Below, piece after piece: positions 1 through 10,719 of a DNA stretch of 64,000 nucleotides. The notes beneath the pieces were generated by a model. It saw nothing but the letters and a program-made list of their open reading frames with translations. It was not told where the DNA came from and ran no database searches. The DNA lies in assembly GCA_000004985.1 (NCBI GenBank), contig GG738921.1; one strand, given 5' to 3'. The position numbers and the translations under genes were made by a program. The DNA comes from Naegleria gruberi. Its lineage: Eukaryota. Within the stretch, counting starts at the first letter, position 1, and each line of letters starts with the position of its first letter.

Positions 1-315
1 GCTGAGGATGGAGAACTTTCAGATAGTGGAGATCGTAACATTATTATTTTTCCTACAACACTTTGTAATTATTGTAACAAACACAGACACAATTTCATTG
101 CCTGCGCCAAATGTGAAGAATATCAATTGTGTTCTGTTTGTTTCATAAATCTCGAATTGGATCAGCAAGTGAAAAAGAAAAATCTAAAGAATGGAAAGAC
201 AGCATTTGATTATTGTGGAGAAAACTCATTATTTACATGTAGACCTTGTTTTGAACGTGGAGATAGTGATTCATCTTCTGATTCTGGAAGCTTTAACCTA
301 GATGATGAAAGTTAG
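1..315 (+). CDS. 3' end of a gene whose start lies outside the window. It encodes a Cys-rich zinc-finger C-terminus, possibly ZZ/B-box-like (CNYCNKHRHNFIACAKCEEYQLCSVCF...CRPC), followed by a Ser/Asp-rich tail.
   Basis: Frame 1 is open from nt 1 to TAG at 313-315. The spacing C-x2-C-x9-C-x2-C-x4-C-x2-C is typical of ZZ-type zinc fingers. The supplied ORF (127-315) begins at TTG, not ATG. Confidence 0.4.
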   Translation, partial: AEDGELSDSGDRNIIIFPTTLCNYCNKHRHNFIACAKCEEYQLCSVCFINLELDQQVKKKNLKNGKTAFDYCGENSLFTCRPCFERGDSDSSSDSGSFNLDDES

Positions 316-494
316 ATTTGATTATCAATCAAATAATCAATGAAAACTAACAATACGGAAGGAAATATTCAATTTTAACAAGATTAAGAAGATTGAATAG
401 AGAAGTGACAATAGAAAAGAGTAAATAATTTTACCCTGCCATCAAACCAAACATTAACACGAAGCCAAAATTGATTGTTGTAAAACAAAAAAAA

Positions 495-1694
495 ATGTCA
501 AAACGAGATCGGTCATCTCGCGAGCAAGAGGATGAACAAGAAGGAACTTTGTCTTCGGAAGAAGAAATTTTTGATGATACACCAACATTGATGAAAAATG
601 ATTTTTCAATGGAAAGGAAGAAGAAAAAAGTAAAACAAGCACCACCCTTTAATCTTGTCAAAATTACGCAAGATTACGATCAATCACATTATAAATGTGT
701 TCAACTAGGAAATGATTATGATTCATATATGTTATTTTCGGCCAACAAAACGCCAACCAAAGAGATTAAAGAAGTGATATTCATGATGGAAACATTTCTA
801 CTTATTAGAACAGTTGAAAATAGAATATTTTACATGGATGAAATGATTGCACATGGAGAGGTGGATTGCAGCAAGATCATTGATAAGAGTTCAATTTTGA
901 AACTTGTGGCAACCTCTTCATCTGCCTATTTACTAACAAAGAGCGGAATTTATGTGTATGCTCGTGGTACTCATTCATTTGAACCTTCCTTTTCAATTGA
1001 AAATCATGATGAGGAGTTTGTTGATATTTCAGCATCTTTTGTTGATAACTTACTGATTCTAACAAGTGAGAATAGAATTTTAACAACTGGTTGGAATAAG
1101 TTTGGAATGTTGGGAGATGGCACAACCAAAAGCAAATATCACTCATTAGTTAATCCTGAAACAAGTCATACTCATCGTGTAAAGATTATAGTGAGTGGAT
1201 CATGCTTTAGTCTTTACACAAGTGGCAGCTCTTTATTTGCATGTGGAGAATTGTATAATATTGGAAGTTCTGCATGTGTCTCCAAGTTTGAAAGACAATC
1301 TCATTTCAAATTCGAAGCGTCAGATGTGGAACAGATCATTGCCAAACCTTTATTTACCTGTTTTTGGACGAAACAACATGATTTACATATTTACGGAAGG
1401 GGATTTTATACCAAACTCAATCTTAATCAAAATATTTACTCAATAGCTGTGCTTTACACCAACATATTCTGCTCATATAAGAATGGAAATGAAATAACAC
1501 AAACAAGACATGAACATGTTTCAAATGGAGAGTTTACAACAGAGGTTGTGACTGGAAAGTATAATGTCAAGTGGTTCAATTCTGTTTGTGTTGGTTCCAA
1601 CTCAATGTTGCTGTTTTTCACAAAACCACAGGAGGAGTCAATATTTAAAAAAGTAATTACCAATTTTTTTGACATCATAGTCGATTCTTCATGA
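495..1694 (+). CDS. RCC1-like repeat protein (regulator of chromosome condensation family); single exon.
   Basis: Continuous ORF; the first real ATG is at 495 in an A-rich context. Gly-rich beta-propeller repeat motifs are present (TGWNKFGMLGDGTTKSKYHSL, FACGELYNIGSS). Confidence 0.45.
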   Translation: MSKRDRSSREQEDEQEGTLSSEEEIFDDTPTLMKNDFSMERKKKKVKQAPPFNLVKITQDYDQSHYKCVQLGNDYDSYMLFSANKTPTKEIKEVIFMMETFLLIRTVENRIFYMDEMIAHGEVDCSKIIDKSSILKLVATSSSAYLLTKSGIYVYARGTHSFEPSFSIENHDEEFVDISASFVDNLLILTSENRILTTGWNKFGMLGDGTTKSKYHSLVNPETSHTHRVKIIVSGSCFSLYTSGSSLFACGELYNIGSSACVSKFERQSHFKFEASDVEQIIAKPLFTCFWTKQHDLHIYGRGFYTKLNLNQNIYSIAVLYTNIFCSYKNGNEITQTRHEHVSNGEFTTEVVTGKYNVKWFNSVCVGSNSMLLFFTKPQEESIFKKVITNFFDIIVDSS

Positions 1695-2279
1695 CCAGGT
1701 TTCAAATATTTTGCTTTGTCAAAGACGCCCTACTTGAAAATTCAAAATCAAAACGATGAGGCACTGACCATTCCATAATCAAAAGTGTAAAGCACTTGAG
1801 TTTTTAGATGTGTCCTCAATTTTAAATTTTAAGAAATATTCAAAGTTTAAGTAAAATGTACAGTAGTAAGAATGATATAAATTTCTATGCTTTTTTCATA
1901 AAACACATTAATACATGCGTTAAAGATGACATCTAGAGTTAGTCATTTACTAAGATCTGGATCGTAAATAGTTTGGAGATATATCTCCTCTGAGAAGAAA
2001 ATGAACCTCAAGCGTGCGTATTAAAAAACACGTATTGGTTGAAATGAATAACATTCATTCCTTCCTCACGAATGGAAACTTTCTAGAAAGCATAAAGATT
2101 GAAAAAGAGAAACTTCAAGGTTTAGGACTTACCGACAGCTCACTATTCAATGTTTCCATCGCAATAAGACCATTCTACAGTAAATACGCACGCTCCAACA
2201 AGCATCCATAACAATAATTTCCTATAAAAGGAACTTCCGTGTTGAAACAAACTTCCACAACAAAAAAACACAAAAAAAA

Positions 2280-3392
2280 ATGGTCATCCTCTCAAACAGA
2301 AGAATTTTACTTGTTGCTCGTCCGGAAAACACACCAAAATCTGCTCATTTCACACTGAGTGAACCAGTACAGGAAATCAATTCTGAAACTTGCCTAAACG
2401 AAGGTGAAATTCTTGTGAAAACCTTATTCCTCTCAGTGGATCCCTATTTACTCATGCCAATGGGAAGAAAGGGAGTGCATCCTGATGTGGTTCCTAATCA
2501 AACTCCATATCCATTGAAACAATTCAAGGATGCAGCAATTATTGCCAATGTTGGAGATGTGTTTGGAGGAAGAGGTGTTGGACACGTGGTTGCCACCAAA
2601 CATGATGATTACAAGGTTGGAGATTTGGTTGCTGCTGATTATAGATGGCAAGAATATGCAATTATTAGTGTAAAATCAGAGTTGACTTTTGAAAAATTGG
2701 AAAATGAAATATTTAGTCAAGTTTCTCCATCAACTGCTTTGGGTGTTTTGGGAGTGAGTGGTTCCCATGCATTGTGGGGTTTCAATTTCGTCCTTCCAAA
2801 AGATGAGAAACCAATCGAAGGAAAGACAATTGTTGTGAGTGCTGCAGCTGGTAGTATTGGACTAACTGTTGCTCAATTGGCCAAAAACAAGGGTTTCCGT
2901 GTGGTTGGTATTGCAGGAGGTGAAGAAAAGTGTGAGAAATTGATTTCTGAATTTAAATTGGATGCCGTAGTTGATTACAAAAAGGCAAATGGTGACTTGA
3001 CCTTACTTAGTCAATTATTGAAAGAAGCAGCTCCAAATGGAGTAGATGCATTCTTTGATAATGTAGGAGGATTGGTTGCTGATGCAGTTTATGAAAATCT
3101 CAATTTGAATGCAAGAGTTTATTTTTGTGGAGCTATTTCACAATATGGAGAAGGAAAATCAGTTTTAGCTCCAGAGAAATACACAAATAATCCAAATATT
3201 ACAAGTATTACATGTTTACAAGCTGATTATATTAATAATATTCCACAAGCAAGAAGAGAACTCTTTGAATTGATTCAAAAAGGTCAATTGAAACCAGTTG
3301 AGTGGATTACTAAGGGAATTGAACAAACTCCAAAAGTTTTTGAGGAGATGTATGCTGGAAGAAACTTTGGTAAAACACTTATTCAAATTTAA
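2280..3392 (+). CDS. NADP-dependent oxidoreductase of the MDR superfamily, prostaglandin reductase 1 / leukotriene-B4 12-hydroxydehydrogenase / alkenal reductase-like.
   Basis: Uninterrupted 370-aa ORF. It has the family motif LSVDPYLLMP and a Rossmann segment VVSAAAGSIGLTVAQLAKNKGFRVVGIAGG. An AATAAA follows the stop. Confidence 0.8.
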   Translation: MVILSNRRILLVARPENTPKSAHFTLSEPVQEINSETCLNEGEILVKTLFLSVDPYLLMPMGRKGVHPDVVPNQTPYPLKQFKDAAIIANVGDVFGGRGVGHVVATKHDDYKVGDLVAADYRWQEYAIISVKSELTFEKLENEIFSQVSPSTALGVLGVSGSHALWGFNFVLPKDEKPIEGKTIVVSAAAGSIGLTVAQLAKNKGFRVVGIAGGEEKCEKLISEFKLDAVVDYKKANGDLTLLSQLLKEAAPNGVDAFFDNVGGLVADAVYENLNLNARVYFCGAISQYGEGKSVLAPEKYTNNPNITSITCLQADYINNIPQARRELFELIQKGQLKPVEWITKGIEQTPKVFEEMYAGRNFGKTLIQI

Positions 3393-3636
3393 ACTCTTAT
3401 TTTCTATTTCAATAAATTACAAAATTTGTTTCACATTAGAAATTGTAATAATTTTACATAAAAAATAAGGAAATACTTTTAAATAATAGTAATTTTAGTG
3501 ATCTATACAATATATTTCCTATTACTAAATCAAATCTATCCACAATACTACCTTTCGAACAAACTTTACAATAAAAAATAATTTTTGGAAGAATCTCTTT
3601 ATTAAAGCAGACTAAAAAATAACAAATCAATAAATC

Positions 3637-4026
3637 TTAATAAGCTTCATCTTCATTAATATCCTCATCATCCTCACCAATATCTTCCATATTATCTTCA
3701 TCAATATTTTCAAAATTAGAACTTTCATCAGTTGGTAAAGAATCAAGTGTATCCAAAACTTCTCCTTCATCACTCAAAGTTTCTGCTTCAAGATTTTGTT
3801 CAAGAGCAGCTTCTTCTTCTTCCTCACCTTCGGAATTTTCAGTATTTGATTCAGTTGATGCCTCGGCAGTGTCAAGACTGTCAAGTGTCATTTCTTCTTC
3901 AGTTCCATCGAGGAGAGCAACTGATTCAGCGGAAACAACATTTGATGTAGAAGTTGTGGAGAAGAAACCGCTGATTAAGAAGAGGGTTAATAATAACAAG
4001 GAAAAGACAAGAAAACGTTTGTTCAT
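3637..4026 (-). CDS. Small secreted, highly acidic protein: signal peptide followed by a D/E/S/T-rich body.
   Basis: 129-aa ORF starting at an ATG. The N-terminus is hydrophobic (MNKRFLVFSLLLLTLFLISGFF) and the remainder is about 40% D+E. Confidence 0.4.
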   Translation of the reverse strand: MNKRFLVFSLLLLTLFLISGFFSTTSTSNVVSAESVALLDGTEEEMTLDSLDTAEASTESNTENSEGEEEEEAALEQNLEAETLSDEGEVLDTLDSLPTDESSNFENIDEDNMEDIGEDDEDINEDEAY

Positions 4027-4511
4027 TTTTTTTTGATAGTGAAATTTGATGTCTGACAGAAAATCGAGTCAACTTTCTGACCTAACAGAGCAGATTTATG
4101 TTTCATGATAATTATTAGAGAATGGACAAGGTGTTTTATTGGATTTTTAATTAAATTGTAAATTTTCTTTATTTAATAAAAAATCAAAAATTCAAAAATG
4201 GAAATTTTGAAATTGTAATTTTGATTTGGAATTGCTGATGACAAAGCAATGATGTAACAACATGATCAATCTCTTATCAATTACTACATCCAATTATTGA
4301 AAGTAAACTAATTTTATCTTTCGAATAATTTAGTTTACGTTTCGAATACATTTACCAGTTGAAACTTTATCTGTGAATTTTCCAACTGATGGCTTCCTTT
4401 TCCATACCAACCGTCTGTTCGAGTGTCAAATTGCACCTGTCATCAATTCAAAAAACATTAAAAAAAAATATTTCGTCGTCGTTCTTCTAACAAATAACAC
4501 AATCATCAAAA

Positions 4512-5492
4512 ATGGGTAATGTCATTCCTGTTAACACTCTCTTCTTGGGTATCGATGGAGCTGGTAAAGTAAGTAACATGAAATCTTTACATTTCGTCTA
4601 ATGTGTAAACTAATGTTTAAACTAATGTGTGTAAACTAAACTTTAGACCACCATCATCAACACTGGTATGAACAAATTCAAACAATTAAAACAAGAGCAA
4701 ATTGATGCTATACAACCAACTTTGGGACATGATTCAAAGAGATTTACAGTGGAAGGAGTTGAATTTATTTCATGGGATGTAAGTATTTGAAGAATTGAAC
4801 AAGTTTTCTAATAGTAGAAATTGTCATTGATTGAATGGTGTTGTTGTTTTGTTCATTGACTGCTCCAATAACAATAATAATAACAAATGTCATGTTGACG
4901 TGTAAAAAACTCGAAATCTTTGGATGATTTGAAAAAATATTAAAAAATTCGTGATGATATGAAAAATGGATTCGATTCTTGGCCATGACATGAATTTTTC
5001 TCACTATTTCTCACCACCATTGACAATACCACAACAACACATTGAACAATTCAATCACGACCACTTTGTTGCTTCCTATAGTTCCCTGGCAAGGAACAAC
5101 TTCGTTCCACATGGACTTCCTACTATAAACATGCTCAAGTCATTGTCTTTGTTGTTGACAGCTCTGATAGTGATGAACGTTTAGAAGAAGTTAAGGAAAT
5201 TCTCCACTCCATCATTCAAAATGTCCAATTACGTGAATGTTTGTTGTTGATTTTGGGTAACAAACAAGATTTGAATTCCACTAGAAATTTGGATAAATTG
5301 AAGGATACTCTCGGATTAGGAGGTAATTTAAGTGGATTACGTGATCGTACTTGGAAGATACTTACTTGTACTGCCAAAACTGGAGATGGTTTGGAAGATG
5401 CTTTCAAATGGTTGTCAACTGAAACAATGAAGGCCTATAAAAAGAGAGAAAGCAAGAAGAAGGAAGAAAAGAAGGAAGAAACTAAAAAATAA
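4512..5492 (+). CDS. ARF-like small GTPase (Arl family), three exons: 4512-4568, 4647-4778, 5082-5492.
   Basis: Exon 1 is MGNVIPVNTLFLGIDGAGK (P-loop GxDxAGKT), ending at a GTAAGT donor. Exon 2 ends ...FISWD, with a GTAAGT donor. Exon 3 reads FPGKEQLRSTW...LLILGNKQDL (G4 motif NKxD)...TAKTGDGLEDAFKWL. The phases are consistent and the protein is 199 aa. Confidence 0.8.
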
Positions 5493-5880
5493 TTGAACTA
5501 AGATGTTGTATTTCAATAAATCTAATTGTTAAATATCAAGACAGAGATCAATCGGTTTTAATTGAATATTGGGAGAAATATCCTATTGTTTCAAAGAAAA
5601 ACATGTTTAGGATAAATATTGAACTGAACTAAAATGTGATATCATAACAAGATGACACTTTGTTGAAAAATTTTAGTGCCATCTCACAGATTTGATCTCT
5701 CTTTCAACAATGCACCAATTGGATAACATTCTTTACAATTCAAATTCATCCCAATTTTTTGGTGCATTTTCCAATTTGAAATCCAAGTTCCAAACGAAAT
5801 TTAAAAATTCATCAAAAATTCCAAAAAATTCATAAAAAAAAATTCAAAACTTGAAATTTTCATCATTTCACTAATATAAA

Positions 5881-6988
5881 ATGTCTGCTCAATCCATTAG
5901 CTTTTCCAAGTATACAAAATTCGACAATCACTACAGAAAACAATACGTCGAATCGATCAAGACCCAAAATGAAGAGATGAGCAAGAAATTAAATCATCCA
6001 ATGGAATGGTATTGCTCCGAGAAGGTTCATGGTTGTAATTTGAGCTTTATTGTTGATAGAGTAAGGCAATCAGAGTATAAAGTAGAGGTTGCTAATCGTT
6101 CATGTGTTCTTTCACAATCATCAATGAGCTTTTATCCAAAAACAATTGAACAGTTGGAGAAAAAGTTTGAGTGGTGAATTGAATGAACAATTGAAATTGA
6201 AGAGTGTTCAAATTTATGGTGAATTATTTGGTGGATTATTCCCAAATAAGAAACCTTCAGATGCTAAGGCAATTCAAAGTGGAATTCACTATTGTCCACA
6301 TCATGATTTTTATGCTTTTGATGTTCTTCTCGGATTTGAGAATGGAAAACAATCTTGGGCTGTTTTTAACAATGTTGATCCATTGTTGGATGAGTGTGGA
6401 TTCAAAGTGAGAGCTCAACCATTGTTTAAGGGAACTTTGGACGAATGTTTGGAGTTTGATGTTAAATTTAACACTAAATTACCAGAAACTTTCTATCCAG
6501 AAATTGTAAAGGAAAGAAATGCTTCCTGGAAGGATTTGGATAATATTTGTGAAGGTGTTGTCATCAAACCAACCAAGTACAATATCTTTGTGGAAACTGA
6601 AAGAGCTGTAATCAAGAAGAAGAATGAAAAATTCTTGGAAACTGAAGCTAGTGATAAACCACAACAACCAGTGAAAAAGGAAAAGGGTGACTCTGAAGAG
6701 CTAGTTCAGGTATGGAATGAACTCTCACGATACATTACCTCCAATCGTTTGGATAATGTTCTCTCAAAGATTGGAAACCTCACCAAGAGTAACATGTTCC
6801 CAGTTATGAAGGAATTCTCAAATGATGCCCTCGAAGAATTTAAATTAGATTTGGAACGTGGTGCTTTGGAAAATTGTAAACCAGTTTCTTCACTTTCAAG
6901 TGAAGATCAGAAAAAGCTCACTAAAAAGATCAATGATGCTTGTATGGTTTTAATTAAGGAACAATTAAACAAACCATCATCAGAATAA
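5881..6988 (+). CDS. ATP-dependent RNA ligase of the Rnl2 family (phage T4 gp24.1 / kinetoplastid REL-like). The reading frame is broken once, at an A5 run at 6160-6164.
   Basis: The nucleotidyltransferase motifs are all present: motif I EKVHGCNLSF (KxHG), motif III HHDFYAFDV, motif IV EGVVIKP, motif V AVIKKKNEKF. The Rnl2-specific C-terminal domain is also present (SDKPQQPVKKEKGD...NRLDNVLSKIGNL). The N-terminus aligns with T4 Rnl2 (KYTKFDNHYRKQYVESI against KYSSLENHYNSKFIEKL; EWYCSEKVHGCNLSFIVDR against EWVAREKIHGTNFSLIIER). Supplied ORFs 5881-6177 and 6146-6988 are the two frames. Removing one A from the run restores a continuous 368-aa protein. Confidence 0.8.
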
Positions 6989-7098
6989 AGTGCAAGTTGA
7001 CTATTTCGAATAAAAGTGGTGTTACTGAAATAATTTACAATTTTTTGTTTTTTGAATACAAATTGCAATTTATTGATTATTTACCATACAATAACCAT

Positions 7099-7386
7099 TC
7101 AATAATTACGGTGTTTACCCTCATAGGTATGATAAACCTCTACTCTGTCTTGTTGTGGTACAGTATCGCTTCTTTTTTGATGGTCTGGAAAGTTTTGTAG
7201 GTGTTGTCTTAAATTGCCATGAATGTTACCAGTGGCAGCACACTTATGTCCTTGTGGGGTTTGACTACTAATGGGGTTATTTTGAGATTTAATTTGACTA
7301 CTTGTTTGGGAGTTATTTTGAGATTTAATTTGGCTACTTGTTTGGGAGTTATTTTGGCGACCAGTTTGGGATTTATGTTGAGTCAT
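7099..7386 (-). CDS. Possible small S/Q-rich protein (95 aa) encoded across a 36-bp tandem repeat. Low confidence.
   Basis: The ORF starts at an ATG, and the repeats encode NNSQTSSQIKSQ twice. It is divergent from the 7625 gene start. There is no homology support. Confidence 0.15.
   Translation of the reverse strand: MTQHKSQTGRQNNSQTSSQIKSQNNSQTSSQIKSQNNPISSQTPQGHKCAATGNIHGNLRQHLQNFPDHQKRSDTVPQQDRVEVYHTYEGKHRNY
7273..7382. repeat. About 36-bp tandem repeat with 2 full units plus a diverged third unit.
   Basis: The unit gggagttattttgagatttaatttg[a/g]ctacttgttt occurs back to back. The third copy has degenerated. Confidence 0.7.
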
Positions 7387-7624
7387 TTTGTTTCTGGCTT
7401 GTTTTATTTATTTTAACATACCACGTTTAACATCAAAACTTTTATTATAAAGAACTTTTGAGCCAAAAGGGAGACTTCATTTTTGGACAATTTCTTAATT
7501 TATGAAATTACTAGCTCAAGAGAAGCCCAAGACGAGTCAAGGATTTATTTGGTGTTGGTGAGCCTTTAAATTGAACCAATGACAATAAGGATATTGTTAA
7601 GAAATTTTAAAAAATCAGAAAAAA

Positions 7625-9562
7625 ATGCTCAACACTGAAACCAAGCTAACCTTCCATCATGCAATTTTCGAATTATCGGAAGGCTACTTTTTCATTGATC
7701 AAATTCTTCCATTCTTTTCTTTCAATGATTTGGAAAATTTATTTCTCACCTCCAAACATATTGCCGAGTTGGTGAGCAGACAACATCACATTGATTATTT
7801 AGCTGTTTTTAATGCTGGACTTGCACATTATTCATCATCGGGGAATCGGAATAGATGGATTGATTCAACTCCTCCGAATGAATTTCCATCACTGCTGCAA
7901 TTTGCAAATGGAATAAAAGTGATGATTGAAGCAGAGGGATCATGGCTGATTGAATATATTATTGGTTATTGTCGGAAGGTGAATAAGTTATTCAGTATTT
8001 CATATGATAAATATATTTATAATTGGTCACAAATGGATTTATCACTGATTAAGAATATTGAGGAGTTTGGACTTGTCAGGTTGGACATGTATAATTTTCC
8101 AAAATTTATGCCATTGTTTGAGGGAAAGAAAGTGAAACAGATTAAATTATCTATGGGATATATTTATCAAGATATCTTTGAACAGACTAGACCTGTTTTA
8201 GATAAGATCAATTTCAAGGAATTATATTATTCCATTTCATGGGTTTCTTCATTTAATATACTGAGTGAAGGTCTATCTAAGGAAGATTTAGATTTTAGAA
8301 ACAAGATAAAGATTTCAGTAGGTGATGTCGGGATAGATCAACACCATTATAGTTCGCTGAAAAACATTTCTAAATGTTTCGAGTTTAGTTCAATTACAAT
8401 TGAGAATGCTACAAAAAAAGAGGAGGATTATAGCGACCACAAATTTGACCTATTTTCAAAATCATACACCTTGAAAGCAGCTTTTTTAACCAAAGTACAG
8501 TCACTTGCATTGCCTAAATTCTCAAATACTGAGCCTTCAGCAATAGAAATGCATAATATTGAATTAGCTCTCAATAGTGCAAACATTGATACTTTTCATG
8601 TGCTACACACGACGAAATATTTAACAGAATTGAAATTGCAGGACTGTCACATTGATTTTTCAGATATTGATGCAATTGACTTGAAATTATTGAATAATAT
8701 GGTTTTGAATAGATGTAAATTTGTAAAGAATGGAAAACAATCAAATTTGGAATTTATTGAATGTATTAGTGCACCTAAACTCACAAATCTAACATGTGGT
8801 GACCTGTCGTTAAAATCAATTCCAATGATTTCAAAGAGTATCACCACTTTAAAATTAGGCAAGAATGAAATTGAAAATATCGAATTGGAAAGGTTAGATT
8901 CTATGAAAGGATTGACTAGTTTGGATTTATCAAATAACAAGTTAAATGATTTAAAAAACGTTCAGTCGATTATTGGAAAATTCAAGGACCTGAAATTGAA
9001 TGGAAATCCAATCTTTAAACGTATGATGATTAACAAAAACAAACTAGAATTTATTAACGATGACTGTAAACATGATGTTAAAAGATCGAGTAAGCTAAAC
9101 ACAAAACCAAAATTTTCTGGAACAGATGTGGAAATTATCAAACAATTCAGAATCATTATCTCTCAGAGAGATTATCCACACTGTGTTGAAAGGAAGGATT
9201 TTCTTAAACTAATTTCAAATCCAAAAAAACCAAACAGCTTGGACGAAACAAATGTGATTTTCTGGAACCATCACTACAGCAACAGTCAAACATCATTGTC
9301 AAAAGATGGAAATACCACATTTGTTGGAACTAATTTTACAAGCTTTTGTCAAGTTGCCATCTATCTAAACAATTATTTACAACACGAGTTTTGCTCTAAA
9401 TGGTATTTTTTCGGTATTAATGGAACAGATAATATTGAGCCACTGCATAATAGAGAATTGCTAAATGAGGTGTCCTATATTGTGCATGAATGGTCCTTTG
9501 TTTCCTCTCACATTGAATTTGTTAGAGAATTGAGAAGAAAATATCCTTCGAATTCTTTCTAA
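7625..9562 (+). CDS. F-box-like / leucine-rich-repeat protein (645 aa).
   Basis: The N-terminus has an F-box-like segment (FHHAIFELSEGYFFIDQILPFFSFNDLENLFLTSKHIAELV). C-terminal LRRs are present (LTSLDLSNNKLNDLKNVQSIIGKFKDLKLNGNPI). Single ORF from an ATG to TAA. Confidence 0.6.
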   Translation: MLNTETKLTFHHAIFELSEGYFFIDQILPFFSFNDLENLFLTSKHIAELVSRQHHIDYLAVFNAGLAHYSSSGNRNRWIDSTPPNEFPSLLQFANGIKVMIEAEGSWLIEYIIGYCRKVNKLFSISYDKYIYNWSQMDLSLIKNIEEFGLVRLDMYNFPKFMPLFEGKKVKQIKLSMGYIYQDIFEQTRPVLDKINFKELYYSISWVSSFNILSEGLSKEDLDFRNKIKISVGDVGIDQHHYSSLKNISKCFEFSSITIENATKKEEDYSDHKFDLFSKSYTLKAAFLTKVQSLALPKFSNTEPSAIEMHNIELALNSANIDTFHVLHTTKYLTELKLQDCHIDFSDIDAIDLKLLNNMVLNRCKFVKNGKQSNLEFIECISAPKLTNLTCGDLSLKSIPMISKSITTLKLGKNEIENIELERLDSMKGLTSLDLSNNKLNDLKNVQSIIGKFKDLKLNGNPIFKRMMINKNKLEFINDDCKHDVKRSSKLNTKPKFSGTDVEIIKQFRIIISQRDYPHCVERKDFLKLISNPKKPNSLDETNVIFWNHHYSNSQTSLSKDGNTTFVGTNFTSFCQVAIYLNNYLQHEFCSKWYFFGINGTDNIEPLHNRELLNEVSYIVHEWSFVSSHIEFVRELRRKYPSNSF

Positions 9563-9601
9563 TAAATTGGATTCTAATATTTTTCAGTTATTTCGAATAA
9601 A

Positions 9602-10484
9602 TTAAACTTTATTATCAGCTCCGTAAGGTTGATTTGGTTGGGCATAATAATTAGGTTGTGGATCCACAACTCCTGGTTGACCATATCCTTGATTAGCAGT
9701 AGGATATGGTTGACCATAACCACCTTGTGGTTGTCCATAGCTTTGATTAGGATTATAAGGTTGAGCTGTTTGATTTGGATTATACGGTTGACCATAACCT
9801 GGTTGACCATAAACCTCTGATGATGGATTGTAATAAGGTTGTTGTTGACCTACTACTGGTGGTTGTGTTTGATTTGAATAATAAGGAGTTGAAGTGTAAC
9901 CACCTGGTTGTTGAACTGCCAAATTTGGTTGCATTTGGCCAACTGTTGTCGTGGTTGATTGAACAGTTGTGGTTGCAACTGGGATTGGAGTGGTGACAGT
10001 TGTGGCAGCTGCCAAATCACTTCTTGACATACCATCTGCGATATTCTTCATGATAATGAACATTCGAATACCTGCAATGACGGACGAAATTCCAGCAATG
10101 ATCAATACAATGCCAATAACACCCAAAACAATTGGAGTGGTAATTCCAGAGCATGATGTGCTGGAATTGGTTGTCACAGCAAGACATGCTATAATGAATA
10201 CAAAGTTTAGTCAAGTTTCGAATAATTTCAAAAATTGATTATTAGAAACAAGATAATGAATTAGTTTTCAACAGATCAACAAGAAACCTACCTGCATACA
10301 ATGCACCAACGGCAATCGCAGCAATTCCTAGAGCAATACCAATCAAGATGGAAACAACTCCTGAGATAATTGTGGCAAGTGGTTTAGTTCTTCTGTTTCC
10401 AATAACTATTCCTCCTCCTACGTGATGATTTACATGATGATGGTGATGATGACCGTGTCGTCCATGGTGATGGTGGTGAGCCAT
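9602..10484 (-). CDS. Membrane protein with a His-rich N-terminus (MAHHHHHGRHGHHHHHH), two TM helices and a P/Q/G/Y-rich tail. Two exons: 10484-10292 and 10188-9602.
   Basis: Donor cag|GTAGGT at 10291 and acceptor cattatag at 10189. Splicing joins ORFs 10242-10484 and 9602-10177 in frame (259 aa). The tail carries GYGQP/QPGYGQPYNPNQ repeats. Confidence 0.6.
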
Positions 10485-10719
10485 GCGTTGTGTTTCGTTT
10501 CGTTTTTTTTGTTGGAATGTTTATTGGAAACTGGGTGATGTACTTGCCAGGTATGGGTTGAAAGGGAGTTCCAATGTTGTTTCTATTTGATGAGGATCTT
10601 ATTGTAATCATTGATTTGTAATTTCCTCATACTGATCCAGTGTGGATATTCGAAAGTTCAATACTAACTTGGAAAATTAACATAAATTTATAATTTTCTT
10701 AAATATTCCAATTTCATTT

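Noticed and set aside
7273-7382. A CRISPR-like array.
   Set aside because: It is a 36-bp direct tandem repeat without unique spacers, in a eukaryotic intron-containing genome. It is a minisatellite.
9574-10238. Several overlapping plus- and minus-strand ORFs inside the P/Q/G/Y-rich gene.
   Set aside because: Same compositional artefact. The spliced His-rich/TM/PQ gene explains the region.
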